Positions 61,973 through 64,000 of a stretch of 64,000 nucleotides of DNA are shown here, piece by piece. The translations under genes and the position numbers were made by a program. Numbering within the stretch: position 1 is the stretch's first letter; every line of letters begins with the position of its first letter. The stretch is taken from assembly GCA_051294375.1 (NCBI GenBank), contig CM119266.1, forward strand, positions 15,403,859 through 15,467,858, read 5' to 3'. The notes below the pieces were generated by a model. The model had not been told where the DNA came from and ran no database searches. It saw nothing but the letters and a program-made list of their open reading frames with translations. This DNA comes from Paraspadella gotoi (Eukaryota > Animalia > Chaetognatha).

Positions 61973-62615
61973 AGTCGGATCTGCTTATCAGCAGATTCCG
62001 ACTCTATAATTCACTTTGTCGGTCCGTCGGTCCCACCCATAAATCTTGTCGGTAAATCATTTTTATCATATCAGAACATCATATTATGCTAAATTAAGCA
62101 ACAAAAAAAGATGTCCATCCGTCCGTCTGTCCATCTGTCCTCCCTCCTTAGCAAAAAACTCCAATTACTCATGATTGGAATGAAATTTTGTGTCTGGGAA
62201 GGAAAGTGTGTGATTGAGCTGGATATAAAGTTTTGATGGAATCGCGAGAGTGGAAATGAGTGTAAATGAAAAAAACAAAAGTCACATTAACTTAAATCTT
62301 TTTACTGATTTTAACCAATAATTACTCGAATTAATCATAATTGGATGGTTAGATTGAGATTAAATTTTGTATGTGGGTAGGAAAGTGTGTGATTGAGCAC
62401 GATATAAAGTAGTTAAAAATAATTATTTGTACTTTATTGGTAATTATTTCTACTATAGTATTTATTTATTCATTTGTTTGTTCATTCGTTCGTTCGTTTG
62501 TTTGTTCGTTCATTCATTAATTTATTTATCTATTTATTTATCTATTTATTTATTTATTTATTTAGCTGATTACCGCTTAATTATCGTGGGCAGATCCGAC
62601 ATTGTTTGCTCAAAC
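61973..62615 (+). mobile_element. DINE-1/HINE-like non-autonomous Helentron element
   Basis: 5' subTIR GTCGGATCTGC with adjacent partial inverted repeat, GTCY-type microsatellite (~62113-62140), two diverged internal repeats (aaattttgt...ggaaagtgtgtgattgagc..gatataaagt), 3' subTIR GCAGATCCGAC (62590-62600), short stem-loop GTTTG-CT-CAAAC, poly-T on both flanks. Confidence 0.8.
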
Positions 62616-63656
62616 TTTTTTTTTTTTTGCTTTTTGTTTGAAAAAGGATTGTTCGATTGTTTGTTTTCTTCGCTGAATTTTCAGACAATAGATAAAGTAT
62701 CGAGGGAGCAGTTTTCTTAGATTTTATCTGGGTGTGGAAAATTGTGGTATATCAAAGTAATGATTATGATTGCACCAAAACAAAATTAAAGATTTTCTCG
62801 ACTTTTTGATATATTTTCCTAAAAACGTATTTAAAATTTATTTACAGTTTTCAAAACCAAAATTTTCGATGTTAACCGTAGTTACATTTACCGGAATTCG
62901 AGTTTAAGACTGCAGTAACGCCACAGACAATTTTATTTTATTTTTTCACGGAGTTAATCTTATTACCCGCCATGAAGGGCTAATTAGTTTTTTTTCGGAA
63001 ATTTATTTCTCTCTTTAGAAATTCTTTTTGTTTGTCGTGTCAACCATGGAACAATGTTCCTTTCAGACCTAAAGCAGCACAAATCTTTTAGATTAGATTA
63101 GATAATATTTATTGGTATGGATTATTTGTTAAATAAATCACCAATTAAACCGAGGCAAGCGTAATTATACTATTTTACTATTTGTGCAGACTGCCGAGAA
63201 AATTGTCGAGCTAATTTTGTTTCTATTATAGATGTCGCTTTCGTCTTTGACTTCCAGTGACAAAACAACTTACAAACGGCGTCAAAGATTGACTCCTTTT
63301 TAAAAATTTTAGTATTTCAGTATTTTAGTATTTTCAGTATTTTCAGTATTTCAGCTCTCGTTTCGGTTGTTAATCATAATGATAATAAAATTATTAGTTA
63401 TTCTTCTGTTATTTAATCATTTTTGCTCTATTTTCTACAAATAAAAATTTGTAAGGAAGATAATCCACGAAAAAAAAACCTAAAATCTATTTTAGTAAGC
63501 AATTGTAAATAAATGTCACCCGATTTAGTGAAGCAAAGCGGAAAGCTTATAAGTTGCAGAACTAATCACATAATCTTGAAACAGCCTTGAACATTGAACA
63601 ATCACGATGATCGTTGTTGGTCCATGGTTACTTGAGATTTATTACGAAAGCTCAAA

Positions 63657-63895
63657 TCAGACCGCCGTCGTTTGAGTCCCATCTTTGCTTTGGGTCTGTA
63701 CGAATCGGAGCGTGTCCTACCAAGAGTCGATAGTTTGAATTTATTTTTTTTCAATAAAAAAAAATCGTTTCGTTGTGAATTCATTTCTTCCGTTGAGTTG
63801 AAGTCAACTTATTTCACCTGCAAATCCTTCGTCAATCCCTTGATTCTGCTCTTCATCGCATCCATTTTTGCGTCGACCGACGTGAAGTTTCCAAC
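63657..63895 (-). CDS. Probable last two coding exons of an unidentified gene (coiled-coil-like, C-terminus -TTAV)
   Basis: Exons 63818-63895 (VGNFTSVDAKMDAMKSRIKGLTKDLQ) and 63657-63716 (DTLRFVQTQSKDGTQTTAV*), joined in phase 0 by a GT-AG intron; exon-like GC content. Confidence 0.45.
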
Positions 63896-64000
63896 CTTGA
63901 AAAAATGTTACGTTGTGCGTAGAAATATTATCAGCGAAATTAAAAGGTTTACTAATAACAATTGCTGTAATGAATTCTAGCGAAGAGCGACATTATTCTC

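Overview
Eukaryotic (invertebrate-like metazoan) genomic DNA with AT-rich introns, GC-rich exons and very abundant (AG/CT)n microsatellites. Spliced genes I can reconstruct: the 3' part of an ankyrin-repeat/SOCS-box gene (+, 1-3070); a Discs-large/MAGUK gene showing only PDZ3-SH3-HOOK-GK (+, 35371-39752); cytochrome b561 (-); stomatin (-); a membrane-anchored matrix metalloproteinase (-, 47241-59658); and the probable 3' end of an unknown gene (-, near 63.7 kb). An MMP intron carries an antisense, 5'-truncated Penelope-like retroelement of the Naiad type (CxC linker plus RT, no GIY-YIG). Its most striking property is a strand-specific A-to-G hypermutation signature, visible directly against a second copy of its 3' region at 60.3 kb and in conserved RT motifs. 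This fits ADAR (A-to-I) hyper-edited RNA having been reverse-transcribed into the genome. Also present: a TIR element with a nested PLE fragment, a DINE-1/HINE-like element, a tRNA-headed structured SINE-like element, a candidate C/D snoRNA, an intronic hairpin, minisatellites, and a ~3.4-kb tandem duplication around two 25-N gaps that is probably an assembly artefact. All calls are by eye; no searches were run.
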